Shown here: positions 31,693-40,921 of the stretch, one piece after another
Layout of the letters: every line of letters starts with the position of its first letter
Numbering within the stretch: position 1 is the stretch's first letter
Source: a virus
DNA: 64,000 bases
Virus record (IMG/VR): IMGVR_UViG_3300036770_008700
Location: 58,896 to 122,895 of that record
Strand: one strand, 5' to 3'
The notes under the pieces: model-generated
The model's input: the letters and a program-made list of their open reading frames with translations, nothing else
Databases searched by the model: none
What the model was told of the DNA's origin: nothing
Position numbers and translations under genes: made by a program

Positions 31693-32627
31693 GGACAATG
31701 CTCCGTTCCCGCATACGGACAAAACTTACATGATTCTCTGCTCTTTGGAAACATACGCTTTTGAATATATCCAAGCATAGTATCAATCGTTCCCATAGCC
31801 TTTTCAACAGCCTTGTCTCCTACACTCACCGTAACTAGCTCGCAGTTCCCCTTCTTCTTGCTCCTACGCAACAAAACAAAACCACACTTAACATCCTTCA
31901 AAGTTAAATTGTGCTTGCGTGCATAAAAATGCTTGTAAAAAGCTAGCTGCATCGTCTTCTTAGGATCAATACGCTTGGCTAATGGCCAAAAATAACTGCA
32001 AGTCTTCCAGTCAATAATCCAAACAATAGGCTCACCCTTCTTGTTTACTCCCTCAATAACACCATCAATAAATCCCTTGAACATATGATTGTGCTTGTCC
32101 AGAGATTCCATCAAAGGAAGTTCAGCAGCAACAAACTTCCAATCACCAAAAGTTTCTTCCATAAAGGCTGGAACTTCGGAAAGGATAGGTTCAATGGTAT
32201 CATGCCAATCCGATTCCTTTAAATCAGCTGCATTTGGAAGCTTTGAGAAATACTCAGTAAGTTGAGCCTTTACTTGCTCAATAGGTGGCATCACCTTGGT
32301 TGCAAGATATTGCTCAAGAGCATCGTGAATAACTTGACCAAACTCTGTATGCTCGGATGGTCCATCGTTTTCAGTCTTTACTTCGTCAAGATACTTGAGC
32401 TTGTGCTTGAATGCACAATCCATCCAAGTAGCAATCTCAGAGTAAGAAACATGCTTGCGAAGTTGAATGTATTCCACATTGGTTGGTGTGGACAAATCGA
32501 TATCAGTTGTAATTGTCATTTTGCCATCTAAAAGGTTGTCTATACTGTTAGAGTATAACACGTCTTTTTTGGCATTCTCAAGTATATTTAGATGTTTTTT
32601 GGTTAGGTTTAATGGACTTTTACTCAT
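31689..32627 (-). CDS. PD-(D/E)XK nuclease (AddB/Cas4-like exonuclease)
   Basis: SYSEI..W..C, FGQVIH, GFIDG, IIDWKT, QL.FY, CKFCPY...C. Confidence 0.85.
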   Translation of the reverse strand: MSKSPLNLTKKHLNILENAKKDVLYSNSIDNLLDGKMTITTDIDLSTPTNVEYIQLRKHVSYSEIATWMDCAFKHKLKYLDEVKTENDGPSEHTEFGQVIHDALEQYLATKVMPPIEQVKAQLTEYFSKLPNAADLKESDWHDTIEPILSEVPAFMEETFGDWKFVAAELPLMESLDKHNHMFKGFIDGVIEGVNKKGEPIVWIIDWKTCSYFWPLAKRIDPKKTMQLAFYKHFYARKHNLTLKDVKCGFVLLRRSKKKGNCELVTVSVGDKAVEKAMGTIDTMLGYIQKRMFPKSRESCKFCPYAGTEHCP

Positions 32628-32667
32628 GAAACTGAGTATAGAACCATAGTTTTTGGAAGGCTAAGTA

Positions 32668-33045
32668 TTAAACTTTTTCAACTGAAGGAGCTGGAAGTTG
32701 TGGTGCAGGTGAGGTAACCACATCACCATATTGAATCTCCAAAACTTCTACCTTCTCATTAGTTGCTTGGATACCATGCTTTACTCCAGCTGTAATAAGT
32801 GGATTGGTGCCAGGAAGAATCTTTTTCTTCATTGCTCCAAGAGTGTAGTCACCACTACCCTTCAAAAACAACCAACTCTTAACACCAAAATCTTGTGTGG
32901 TATAAGTTTCTGTTGCTCTTCCAGCTTCAACCCAAATATACTTCACTTTTACAAATGAAGTTTCCCACAATACTTTTGAACCGCCCCAAGATTGCTTAAC
33001 ACCAACCTTGAAAAGCTTTTTAAACCAAGATATCATAAGCATCAA
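32668..33045 (-). CDS. Cupin-fold protein (degenerate PMI type II C-terminal-like)
   Basis: SWGG; GVKHGI; EVLEIQYG. Confidence 0.5.
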   Translation of the reverse strand: MMLMISWFKKLFKVGVKQSWGGSKVLWETSFVKVKYIWVEAGRATETYTTQDFGVKSWLFLKGSGDYTLGAMKKKILPGTNPLITAGVKHGIQATNEKVEVLEIQYGDVVTSPAPQLPAPSVEKV

Positions 33046-33515
33046 CTGCCTTTCTTCTTCTTAGTTGCAACAGCTTTTACTGCTTTTGCTGGTAACAACT
33101 TTCCCTTTTTGAAAGGTGATGGTGGAGGAGGAGGAAGTTCTTCCTCTTCATCATCTTCAAAATCGCAAACACATTCATCTTCATATTCTTCACAGTCTGG
33201 ACAACGATCCACATCATCGTCCACACGACCACAAGAACATGGATCACATTCACACTCGCTGCAATAATCTTCTTCACAAGATTTATCACAAGCACCATGA
33301 GCTTCACCATGCTCACAACAACGAACTGTAACCTTACCAAACTCCTTAAGTGTTAAATCAATTGCTGATTTAACATCTCCAAGACATTCAATGAACTTAT
33401 TAGATACACTTCCAGTCTTTTCAATTTCTTCGATATCGTTTACAACATCGATCAACAATGATTTTAGGCCACCAACAAACATTCTTGCCTTGAGAGGATG
33501 ATTTACTTTTTGCAT
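33042..33515 (-). CDS. Cys/acidic-rich protein with Pro- and Lys-rich tail
   Basis: Start at MQKVNH with AGGAG RBS and upstream TAGTTA. Confidence 0.7.
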   Translation of the reverse strand: MQKVNHPLKARMFVGGLKSLLIDVVNDIEEIEKTGSVSNKFIECLGDVKSAIDLTLKEFGKVTVRCCEHGEAHGACDKSCEEDYCSECECDPCSCGRVDDDVDRCPDCEEYEDECVCDFEDDEEEELPPPPPSPFKKGKLLPAKAVKAVATKKKKGS

Positions 33516-33535
33516 CTTTTTTCTCCTGTTAATAA

Positions 33536-34534
33536 CTAGCGGCGATATCCAAACGTTACCTTGCTCCAAAACTCATTGGTTGTTCTTGCTCCAACATAAG
33601 AATATGCTGAACGCAAACCACCAGCAATCTCTTCAACAACAACCCTTGCACTAGGCTTCAAATTGGTTGTAGTGCTTCTACCTTCTGGTGTTGGTAGACC
33701 CTTTACAGTTTCACGAATAACTGCCATTGCATCCCTTGAAGCCATTCCACGATAAATAGGTCGGTAACTGTGAGTTGTTGCATCATAAATTCTTGAACGC
33801 TCTGGATTCTCTGGACAACCAGCAAAGAAATATCCACTCATAACCGCTGTTGCTCCAGCACCAATAGCCTTAGCAACATCACCATAAGCCCTTGCACCAC
33901 CATCAGCAATAATAGGCTTGTCCGTTGCCTCTGCACAACGTTGCACTGCTGTAAACATTGGTGTATTAACACCCGTTACATTCTTTGTCTCACAGACAAA
34001 CCCACCACCAATACCAACCTTGATAGCATCAGCACCCCATGAATCAAGATCTTTAACAGCTTGTGCTGTTCCTACATTCCCTGCCATAATAAAAATATCA
34101 CGACCATAACGCTCTCTTAGCCATTCAATGGTATTCCTCATCATTTGACTGTGACCGTGAGCAATATCAACAACAAAAAAACGTGCTCCAGCACTGTAAA
34201 GAGCTTGAGTGCGCTCCTGCCAATCACGACTTGTTCCAATAGCTACAAAACATTCTAAACCCTTGTTAGAAGCTACTTGAAGATATGAAAGAACATTGTC
34301 AGCAATAGGAAGAAAACGATGAATAGCTCCACAGGCTCCAGACTCAAATAGAACCTTTGCCATCTCACCTTCTGTTACTGTATCCATGTTAGCAGAAATA
34401 ACAGGAACTTGCAACTTCAGCTTTGCATTCGAATCACTGCTTTCTAGTGTAACACTAGTATCTACCTCAGAACGAGTAAAAATATCAGAAAAACTTGGAT
34501 GAATAAAAACGTCGTCATACTCGTAATGAATCAT
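33536..34534 (-). CDS. IMP dehydrogenase/GMP reductase family, no CBS domain
   Basis: SANMDTVTE, DIAHGHS, AGNV, KVGIGGG..CET, IADGG, YRGMAS, PEG; guaB vs guaC not resolved. Confidence 0.9.
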   Translation of the reverse strand: MIHYEYDDVFIHPSFSDIFTRSEVDTSVTLESSDSNAKLKLQVPVISANMDTVTEGEMAKVLFESGACGAIHRFLPIADNVLSYLQVASNKGLECFVAIGTSRDWQERTQALYSAGARFFVVDIAHGHSQMMRNTIEWLRERYGRDIFIMAGNVGTAQAVKDLDSWGADAIKVGIGGGFVCETKNVTGVNTPMFTAVQRCAEATDKPIIADGGARAYGDVAKAIGAGATAVMSGYFFAGCPENPERSRIYDATTHSYRPIYRGMASRDAMAVIRETVKGLPTPEGRSTTTNLKPSARVVVEEIAGGLRSAYSYVGARTTNEFWSKVTFGYRR

Positions 34535-34592
34535 GTATAATCCTTTCTATCCAACACTACCAGAACTTAAAAAAGAAGTCTAGTTATTTGAT

Positions 34593-35006
34593 ATGAAACT
34601 CACAAAAGAAAACGTTGAAAAAATCACTAAATTCGCAAAACATTGCATTAAAGAACTTGGCCTTAAAGGTAAAATCAAAATCACTTTAGCTAAACGTCAA
34701 ACAGGCATGCCAACAGCAGGATATTTTGATCCTAATACCTGCGAAGTATTTGTGGCTGTGAATAATCGTGCTATAGCAGATGTTATGCGTACAATAGCTC
34801 ACGAACTAACTCACTGCCGCCAACAACAACAAGGAGCAGATTTCCCTCATGATGATGAAGGTCTTCAACCGCTGGAGGATGAAGCAAACACCATGAGCGG
34901 GCGTCTAGTGAGGTTTTATGGAAGAAAAAACCGTGACATATACGCAGATCTTATTACTGAAAGTCTAAAAAGACTCCTATACTCCAATCGCTCTCCAAAA
35001 TTTTAA
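34593..35006 (+). CDS. Zincin-like metallopeptidase-domain protein
   Basis: RTIAHELTH...EDEAN; TAGTTA 6 nt upstream. Confidence 0.65.
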   Translation: MKLTKENVEKITKFAKHCIKELGLKGKIKITLAKRQTGMPTAGYFDPNTCEVFVAVNNRAIADVMRTIAHELTHCRQQQQGADFPHDDEGLQPLEDEANTMSGRLVRFYGRKNRDIYADLITESLKRLLYSNRSPKF

Positions 35007-35076
35007 AGAATCATCAATAAAATATTCTTTCCATAAAAAGTATTTATGGAAAGACTTTAAATAGGAAAATAGTCAA

Positions 35077-36732
35077 ATGAAAAAAATAAAACTATTACAT
35101 ATTCTTTTTGAAGGTGAAGTTAAACCTTTCGGTGGTAACGAATTAGTTGAAAAAATTTATAAAGATGCTATTGCTTGGAGAGAAAAAAATCAACAAAATT
35201 ACGAAACAATGCCAGTTGAAACGGATAGACTAAAACCGACTCAAAAAGAAACTGAAGAGAAAAAATATAACACCACTCTTGGTCAAGTTTTAAACTTGCA
35301 AAGCAGAGATATTTTAAATGGCGCTGTAGCACTAAACTTTTTGAATCTTCAAAATTCCAAAATTCCAGATTGGGCACAAAAAAGTTTTGATTTGAGAACA
35401 AGGAGTTTCACACAGCAATTTCTTCAGAATTATACTAATGTTCTAAATGAAAGTCAATTGTCGTTGACGGTTATTTTTGCAAAACTAAGTGCCAATAAAA
35501 CTTCAATGGGTGCGTTTTACACGAATTTTTTTAAATCCGACTCAGGTTTTATAATGCAAATTGATCCTGGGATTGAAGAGACGGAGATAAAACCAACAAT
35601 TCGTCACGAATTGCAACACGGATCGCAAAATATAAATGGCATGGCATTACAATACGCTAGAGCTCTAAAAAATCCAAAACTTACAGATATATCACAACTG
35701 CAAGTTATTGATACGAAAGGCGATGCTAAAGGAGCTTATGGGGTTGCAAAGGCTGTAACGGGTTTAAGACAAGGAAGAGAAGCCGAAGCTTCTGCTCAAA
35801 GATTTGCAGCCTCAAAAGAAGCCTCAAGTGATGCTGGAATGCAAGAATTTATTGCTAGTTTAAAACAAAATCCAAAATATCTTGCTTATCTTGGAGATGA
35901 TTTTGAATATACAACTTGGAAAAGTGATATTTTAGATCAAGTTATGAAAACTGTTAGAACATATGAAAGTCTTTTTCTTCAAAAATTGCAAAAAATCAAT
36001 ATTAATCTAACTGGAAAAGTTTTGGCAAAGCCGCAGGTTTATAGGAACTTGTCTTCCGATGAGAGGCAGTCTTACAAACCATTAATCCAACAATCGATAA
36101 AATTACAAGAATCATCAGGTTTTAATTTTTTAACAAGAGAATCAACTAGCATCAATGATTTAGCAAATCTGTTAACAAAAGACTTGATTGAAAATGCTGA
36201 AGCATTAACAGGTAATCGAGCTTCGGCATTTTTTGTTAGCACTATAATGAAACTTAAACCAAGAGAGTTTGCAAAAAATATCTCAATAGATTTAACAAAA
36301 CGTTTGGTTGATTATGCTAAAGAAAAAGGATTAAACTTAGCAGCAAATTCTGATACTGTTACTCCACAACAAAGAGGTTTGGGGCAACAAGCTGTATCAA
36401 AACAACAAGCAGCACAACAAAGAGCACAACAACAAGCAGCCCAACAAAGAGCACAAACTGTAGCTCAACAGCAAAAAGTCGCTTCTGCTAATCTTCAAAA
36501 ACAAAAAGAAGAAGCTTTTAGAGAACAAATGAATATGGTTCCTAGAAATACAAGAAAACATGCACCTAACGATAATTTTGATGAGGATACAGGACGACGA
36601 ATCGTTGAACCAGAACAGTACAGACAACAATTTCAACAATGGCTACAAACTCAAAATAATCAATCTGTTACACCTTCAGCATTGGCAGAAGGAAGAATGA
36701 AGAATTTCGTAAGGTATCTTTTTGATTTATAA
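35077..36732 (+). CDS. Putative internal head protein with HExxH motif and Q-rich region
   Basis: MKKIKLLHILFE N-terminus; IRHELQH; TATTTA upstream. Confidence 0.55.
   Translation: MKKIKLLHILFEGEVKPFGGNELVEKIYKDAIAWREKNQQNYETMPVETDRLKPTQKETEEKKYNTTLGQVLNLQSRDILNGAVALNFLNLQNSKIPDWAQKSFDLRTRSFTQQFLQNYTNVLNESQLSLTVIFAKLSANKTSMGAFYTNFFKSDSGFIMQIDPGIEETEIKPTIRHELQHGSQNINGMALQYARALKNPKLTDISQLQVIDTKGDAKGAYGVAKAVTGLRQGREAEASAQRFAASKEASSDAGMQEFIASLKQNPKYLAYLGDDFEYTTWKSDILDQVMKTVRTYESLFLQKLQKININLTGKVLAKPQVYRNLSSDERQSYKPLIQQSIKLQESSGFNFLTRESTSINDLANLLTKDLIENAEALTGNRASAFFVSTIMKLKPREFAKNISIDLTKRLVDYAKEKGLNLAANSDTVTPQQRGLGQQAVSKQQAAQQRAQQQAAQQRAQTVAQQQKVASANLQKQKEEAFREQMNMVPRNTRKHAPNDNFDEDTGRRIVEPEQYRQQFQQWLQTQNNQSVTPSALAEGRMKNFVRYLFDL
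36402..36456 (+). repeat. 27-bp tandem coding repeat (QQAAQQRAQ x2)
   Basis: acaacaagcagc(a/c)caacaaagagcaca duplicated. Confidence 0.8.
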
Positions 36733-36743
36733 GTCTTGATGAA

Positions 36744-37661
36744 CTAACAAATTTTTTCTACTGCTCTCCAAAAACGGCTTGGTCCGTCCAACAAATATTC
36801 TTCTATTTTACTAATTTCCTGATTAATCCAAGCTTCTTTTGCGTGAAGTACATTGTCATTTACTATTGGGGTACCTCCTAAAAGTTTAGATTCAGTATAG
36901 ATACGGCTGCCCACATCCATATCTCTAGGAAAAAATACTAATCCCTTACTCCTGGCTAGCTCTTCCAAAAACTGTTCGTTCGAAAGATTCTTTAAAAGAA
37001 CATATTCCATATTACGTTCCTTGCAATACTTCACCGCATCCTCTGTGCCTTTAATCCAACTGTCTGAATCAAGAATAGCCCAACGATCTTGAACTTCTAA
37101 TTCTCCTCGTTCTTTACGCTCTCTAACCTTGCGAACATTCAAGATAGTTTCTGGATAAAACGTAGAGCTTTGAGTAAAGTCTTGTGTTCTACCCTTGAAC
37201 TCTGGATATAACCGATAAAACTTGTCACGCTGACCATCACTACACCAAAACAAAACCTTTGCGTTGGTCATCCAGTTGGCCATAAACCTTCCATGTGCAG
37301 TGCTCTCACACCCACACTTCCCAGCCTGTAACTCATGCTTTCTCGTTGAACGCATAACACAAGGCTTAAAGTCATATTCAAAGAAGTAATAACGTATGTT
37401 AAGGTCGATAAATTTTTGAAGAAGATGTGGTGGTGTCATGGTTTGATTGCCAAACACCCATATCTTGTCTTTGTTTTTTTGAATCATGCCTTCTGTGATG
37501 CTATGTGCATGAAGCTCGAACAAAGGCATTGGGCAAGCTTTAATGATAGCATCAGAAGTTAGCTCCGCCCCGCCAACCAACTCCTTGGCAAAAAAGTCTT
37601 GAACAAAAATAACTTGTGTTTTTGTAGGAATGTAAAACTCTTTGGGTAAGTTTGTGATCAT
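36744..37661 (-). CDS. Putative glycosyltransferase (GT-B-like)
   Basis: GGAELT N-terminal motif; WIKG; GLVFFP...GSRIYTESKLLG. Confidence 0.65.
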   Translation of the reverse strand: MITNLPKEFYIPTKTQVIFVQDFFAKELVGGAELTSDAIIKACPMPLFELHAHSITEGMIQKNKDKIWVFGNQTMTPPHLLQKFIDLNIRYYFFEYDFKPCVMRSTRKHELQAGKCGCESTAHGRFMANWMTNAKVLFWCSDGQRDKFYRLYPEFKGRTQDFTQSSTFYPETILNVRKVRERKERGELEVQDRWAILDSDSWIKGTEDAVKYCKERNMEYVLLKNLSNEQFLEELARSKGLVFFPRDMDVGSRIYTESKLLGGTPIVNDNVLHAKEAWINQEISKIEEYLLDGPSRFWRAVEKIC

Positions 37662-37700
37662 GTGTGTTATTCTAGCAACACTATACTTATTTGTAATTCC

Positions 37701-38387
37701 ATGGCAAAAAAATACACACTTTACAAATTATTGTACGAAGACGCAGCTTTGGCAGCTAAACTAACAAATGCTCCTTTAAGCAAGCAAGCTAAAACAATGA
37801 GTTTTGATCCAAAAGAACTCATTAAGGGCATGCAAGGTGGACTTAAAAAGGAAATTGAAACTGTAGCGAAACTTACTGATAAACCAGAGATAGATAAAAA
37901 AGACGTTGACAATGCTAAAAAAGCTTCTGATGAAGTTGAAAAACTCATTGGTAGCATTGCAGCTGTTTCAGGACATTCTGTAAAAGATGAACAGCCACAA
38001 CCAAAAGTTTCAAAAACACAGGAAATTCCAAGGCTGGACCAAGAACAAATAAGACAACTAAGCCAACAGTCCAAAGCTCCAACAACATCTACTGATATTG
38101 GTACGGCCAGAACAGAACCAGCTCTACGTCGTCCTTCAACACAACCTGTACCACAAGCTGAAATTGAATCTGCAATGGAAGCTGAAAGATTGCGGCAGCA
38201 GCGTGAAGCTAATTTAGCTGCTTATCCAGAAGCTGAACGTCAAAGGCAACAAGCATTGGCTAGAGCACAATCTGCACGCACACAGCAACTACCAGTAACA
38301 AAACCAGGTATGTTTCAACGTTTAAGACAACGTATTGGACTAGAAGAAGAAATTAAGAAAGCAGTAAAGTCTGGATTGAAACGTTAG
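37701..38387 (+). CDS. Putative internal head protein, Q/A/P-rich
   Basis: Start MAKKYTLYKLLYE after TACTTA (37684-37689). Confidence 0.6.
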   Translation: MAKKYTLYKLLYEDAALAAKLTNAPLSKQAKTMSFDPKELIKGMQGGLKKEIETVAKLTDKPEIDKKDVDNAKKASDEVEKLIGSIAAVSGHSVKDEQPQPKVSKTQEIPRLDQEQIRQLSQQSKAPTTSTDIGTARTEPALRRPSTQPVPQAEIESAMEAERLRQQREANLAAYPEAERQRQQALARAQSARTQQLPVTKPGMFQRLRQRIGLEEEIKKAVKSGLKR

Positions 38388-38428
38388 TTTAATTGTGTAG
38401 AATATAGTTATTCTCAATCAGAGGTACC

Positions 38429-38701
38429 ATGAAAAATCGAAACACACTAAAAAATCTCAAGCAAGTTATCTACGAAGCAATTAAAGAAGCTAGTGTTGGT
38501 CGCAGTAGAATGATTCTTGAACCTGGAACACCAGAATGGGAAGAGTTGCAAAAAGCTCTAAGCAGCTATAACCTGCCAAAAAGAGTTGAACCAGAAGAGA
38601 TTCCAGTTCAACGCTCAAAACATCCAGTTAAAATAATTTCTCCAGAGGAAATGGATGTGCTACGTAAAGCGGCAGAGATATTGCATAACAAAGGCAAATA
38701 G
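38429..38701 (+). CDS. Putative internal head protein
   Basis: LKQVIYEAIKEA tag; TAGTTA at 38405; GAGG RBS. Confidence 0.6.
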   Translation: MKNRNTLKNLKQVIYEAIKEASVGRSRMILEPGTPEWEELQKALSSYNLPKRVEPEEIPVQRSKHPVKIISPEEMDVLRKAAEILHNKGK

Positions 38702-38706
38702 CTAAA

Positions 38707-39123
38707 TCATTTCTCTTCTTTCTTTGTATGGTCAATAATCTTAACCTTGACTTGTTTTTCTGTTTCAATTCCATAGGGCTTTCCATCCCTGTATAGAATC
38801 TCACAAAATCCCGAACCAAGTCCCATTGTTAGATCTTCAACACTAACAGTTTGTGACTGCTTGGATAGGATATTGATTCCAATAAAACTATCTTCTTGTA
38901 CTTCTTCTACTCTATATTGGTTATGTTCCACACCTACAAAATCACCAACACAGACTGTCTTAAGAAATGTGCTTACTCTTTCCACATCTGGAAATGTTTT
39001 CTTTGAAGCCATATATTGCATCATTCCATTAAGATGGTCCCTTGTTTGTCGTCCACTGTAAAAGATATCCCTGGGATGGTTCTTAACCTTTATTGTGACC
39101 GTTTTCTCTGTTACTTCACTCAT
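38707..39123 (-). CDS. Hypothetical protein
   Basis: 138 aa; AGGA RBS. Confidence 0.65.
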   Translation of the reverse strand: MSEVTEKTVTIKVKNHPRDIFYSGRQTRDHLNGMMQYMASKKTFPDVERVSTFLKTVCVGDFVGVEHNQYRVEEVQEDSFIGINILSKQSQTVSVEDLTMGLGSGFCEILYRDGKPYGIETEKQVKVKIIDHTKKEEK

Positions 39124-39172
39124 TGTATCTTCCTAACCTTTCTTGACCGTATAATGCCTTTAAAAGCGTTTG

Positions 39173-39421
39173 TTATTCTGAAAGCATTGGTTCCCAATCA
39201 TCCCACAGCATTCCCCTTGTCCAGCCAAGGTTGCCGGTTTTTGTAAGCACATACAAATCGTATACGTTTGAATCACTTACTTGATGTACTTCCAACACCA
39301 CCACAGGATCGCCGTATAACGCTAGCTCTTTTTTAGAATCTAGATTGAATAGATTTGTTCTATCTTCCAAATAGATTGCTCGGTGAGTACCGGTAGATCG
39401 ATACATCTTACCAGCGGTCAT
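39173..39421 (-). CDS. Small beta-rich (SH3-like) paralog
   Basis: GKMY...VVVLE...VLTKTGNLGW; start at MTAG by ATGA overlap. Confidence 0.6.
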   Translation of the reverse strand: MTAGKMYRSTGTHRAIYLEDRTNLFNLDSKKELALYGDPVVVLEVHQVSDSNVYDLYVLTKTGNLGWTRGMLWDDWEPMLSE

Positions 39422-39672
39422 TCTGTTATCAGTTGCCATTTGTAATACTCATGTTTGGAGCACTCAGTTCAACAAAAGATTCCATTAGCCGACAGAATAA
39501 CCAGTTTAATATCACCATTATTAGATTTTTCTTCTTTGATTAGAACTACTTCACTGCCTCTAGGTAATTCAATTCCTGAGACTCTCTCTTTCAATCCAAC
39601 TATACGTGCTCCCCATGCCGGTCCTTCGCTGTTTATTCTATAAATTTTTCCAATCTGGAAATGAGTTGTCAT
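39418..39672 (-). pseudogene. SH3-like paralog with in-frame TGA at the conserved Trp position
   Basis: ILSANGIFC*TECSKHEYYKWQLITE*; TGA 39469-39471 aligns with the W of G..GW. Confidence 0.6.
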
Positions 39673-39677
39673 ATAGG

Positions 39678-40094
39678 TTAAATCCTTGGATCAACAACAC
39701 GCATGACCCCAAACTCGTTATTGCTAATGGTGTAGATGGCTTTCTTGACACCATAAGCGTACAAAACAGCTTGGCACATGGTACAAGGTTTTGCAAGCGC
39801 CAGGGCAAGATTTTTTTCATGGTCGGCCCGAAGTCTACGCACAACAACAATCTTGCTTCCTGTAAGATCAACCTTGCGACGGATATTTAGAACTGCATTA
39901 ACTTCTGCATGTACGCTATTGCAAAAAGGGTTGGTTTTGTAACGCTCCTGCAATCCACTGTTAGCACGAGAATTATATCCCACAGACAAAACCCTGCCAC
40001 CAGAAACAATCATGGCTGTAAGCCATGCTGGCATGTTATCGTCATGCTTATGAGCCCTTGCGAAGCCTAGAGTAGCTTCAATGAGCCTATTCAT
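39678..40094 (-). CDS. Zn-dependent cytidine/dCMP deaminase-fold protein
   Basis: SVGYN; HAE; AKPCTMC. Confidence 0.85.
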   Translation of the reverse strand: MNRLIEATLGFARAHKHDDNMPAWLTAMIVSGGRVLSVGYNSRANSGLQERYKTNPFCNSVHAEVNAVLNIRRKVDLTGSKIVVVRRLRADHEKNLALALAKPCTMCQAVLYAYGVKKAIYTISNNEFGVMRVVDPRI

Positions 40095-40102
40095 GATTTA
40101 AT

Positions 40103-40285
40103 TCATTCTTCGTTGGAGTAATCAATAAGAAGGTCGTAATCGTTTTCTGGTAGTGGACGTAGATTCCCTCGTTCAAGCTTCCTTTGCAACTGTCGCTCCA
40201 ACTGTTCCGAGCCTACCATTCGAGCCTTGCGTACAGGCTGAAAGTTATCACCACTAAAACGCTTGTTCTTGTTATGATTAGCCAT
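40103..40285 (-). CDS. Small hypothetical protein
   Basis: 60 aa ORF filling the operon. Confidence 0.55.
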   Translation of the reverse strand: MANHNKNKRFSGDNFQPVRKARMVGSEQLERQLQRKLERGNLRPLPENDYDLLIDYSNEE

Positions 40286-40320
40286 TTTCTTGTTTTCTAT
40301 TGTTTGTTAGATATAGTGAA

Positions 40321-40569
40321 TCAGGCAGAATATGAAACGGTGTAATCAGAAAGATAGTACATACCAGTCTCGGCTGCACGCTGATGGATGGTAGTAGTCA
40401 CACTGTACTTGCGAGGATTAATCGTAACAACCTTGTTAACACGATCAACCGTAGCGATTACGGTGTTATAGCTCCGAACCTCGTTACCCTTCATGGTGAG
40501 AGCACCAAACTTAAAGCTCTTGCCAGTGTTAACGAACGTGACGAACTCATTGGAACGAATGCGACCCAT
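40321..40569 (-). CDS. Small phage early protein (SYxTxIA...YSxTT type)
   Basis: Start MGRIRS with GAGG RBS and sigma70-like promoter. Confidence 0.65.
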   Translation of the reverse strand: MGRIRSNEFVTFVNTGKSFKFGALTMKGNEVRSYNTVIATVDRVNKVVTINPRKYSVTTTIHQRAAETGMYYLSDYTVSYSA

Positions 40570-40598
40570 TTGTTTTTCCTCTCTCTCTTTCTGAAACC

Positions 40599-40627
40599 AG
40601 AATACCATATGACTGAGATTATCTAAA
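40599..40627 (-). promoter_or_regulatory. Sigma70-like early promoter
   Basis: TTTAGA-17-TATTCT with extended TG. Confidence 0.7.
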
Positions 40628-40643
40628 GCAATATCTACGATTT

Positions 40644-40919
40644 TTATTTTTGCTGGATATCGTGGTGTTTTGCGGGTTGAATTTCATTTTCCCAGAATGT
40701 TGAGTATCCGATTTTTCCGTCGTTGGTTAGAATCTTCATTTTCAGAATGATTTTTGTTTTTGTTGAAGATGTTGTTAACCCTTCTACCAAGAAATCTCCG
40801 AGATATTCTAACACAACAAAGGTTGAAAACTGTTTTAGTGTTGCTATAACTTGGAAGTTATCATCTAACACATGATGTTCAGTTGGTGATCCCACCAATT
40901 CGTAAATTTTACCAATCAT
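40644..40919 (-). CDS. SH3-like paralog
   Basis: MIGKIY...FVVLE...KILTNDGKIGY. Confidence 0.6.
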   Translation of the reverse strand: MIGKIYELVGSPTEHHVLDDNFQVIATLKQFSTFVVLEYLGDFLVEGLTTSSTKTKIILKMKILTNDGKIGYSTFWENEIQPAKHHDIQQK

Positions 40920-40921
40920 GA

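Noticed and set aside
31689-32627. Cas4 as part of a CRISPR-Cas system
   Set aside because: No other cas genes or array; stand-alone PD-(D/E)XK nucleases are common in phages
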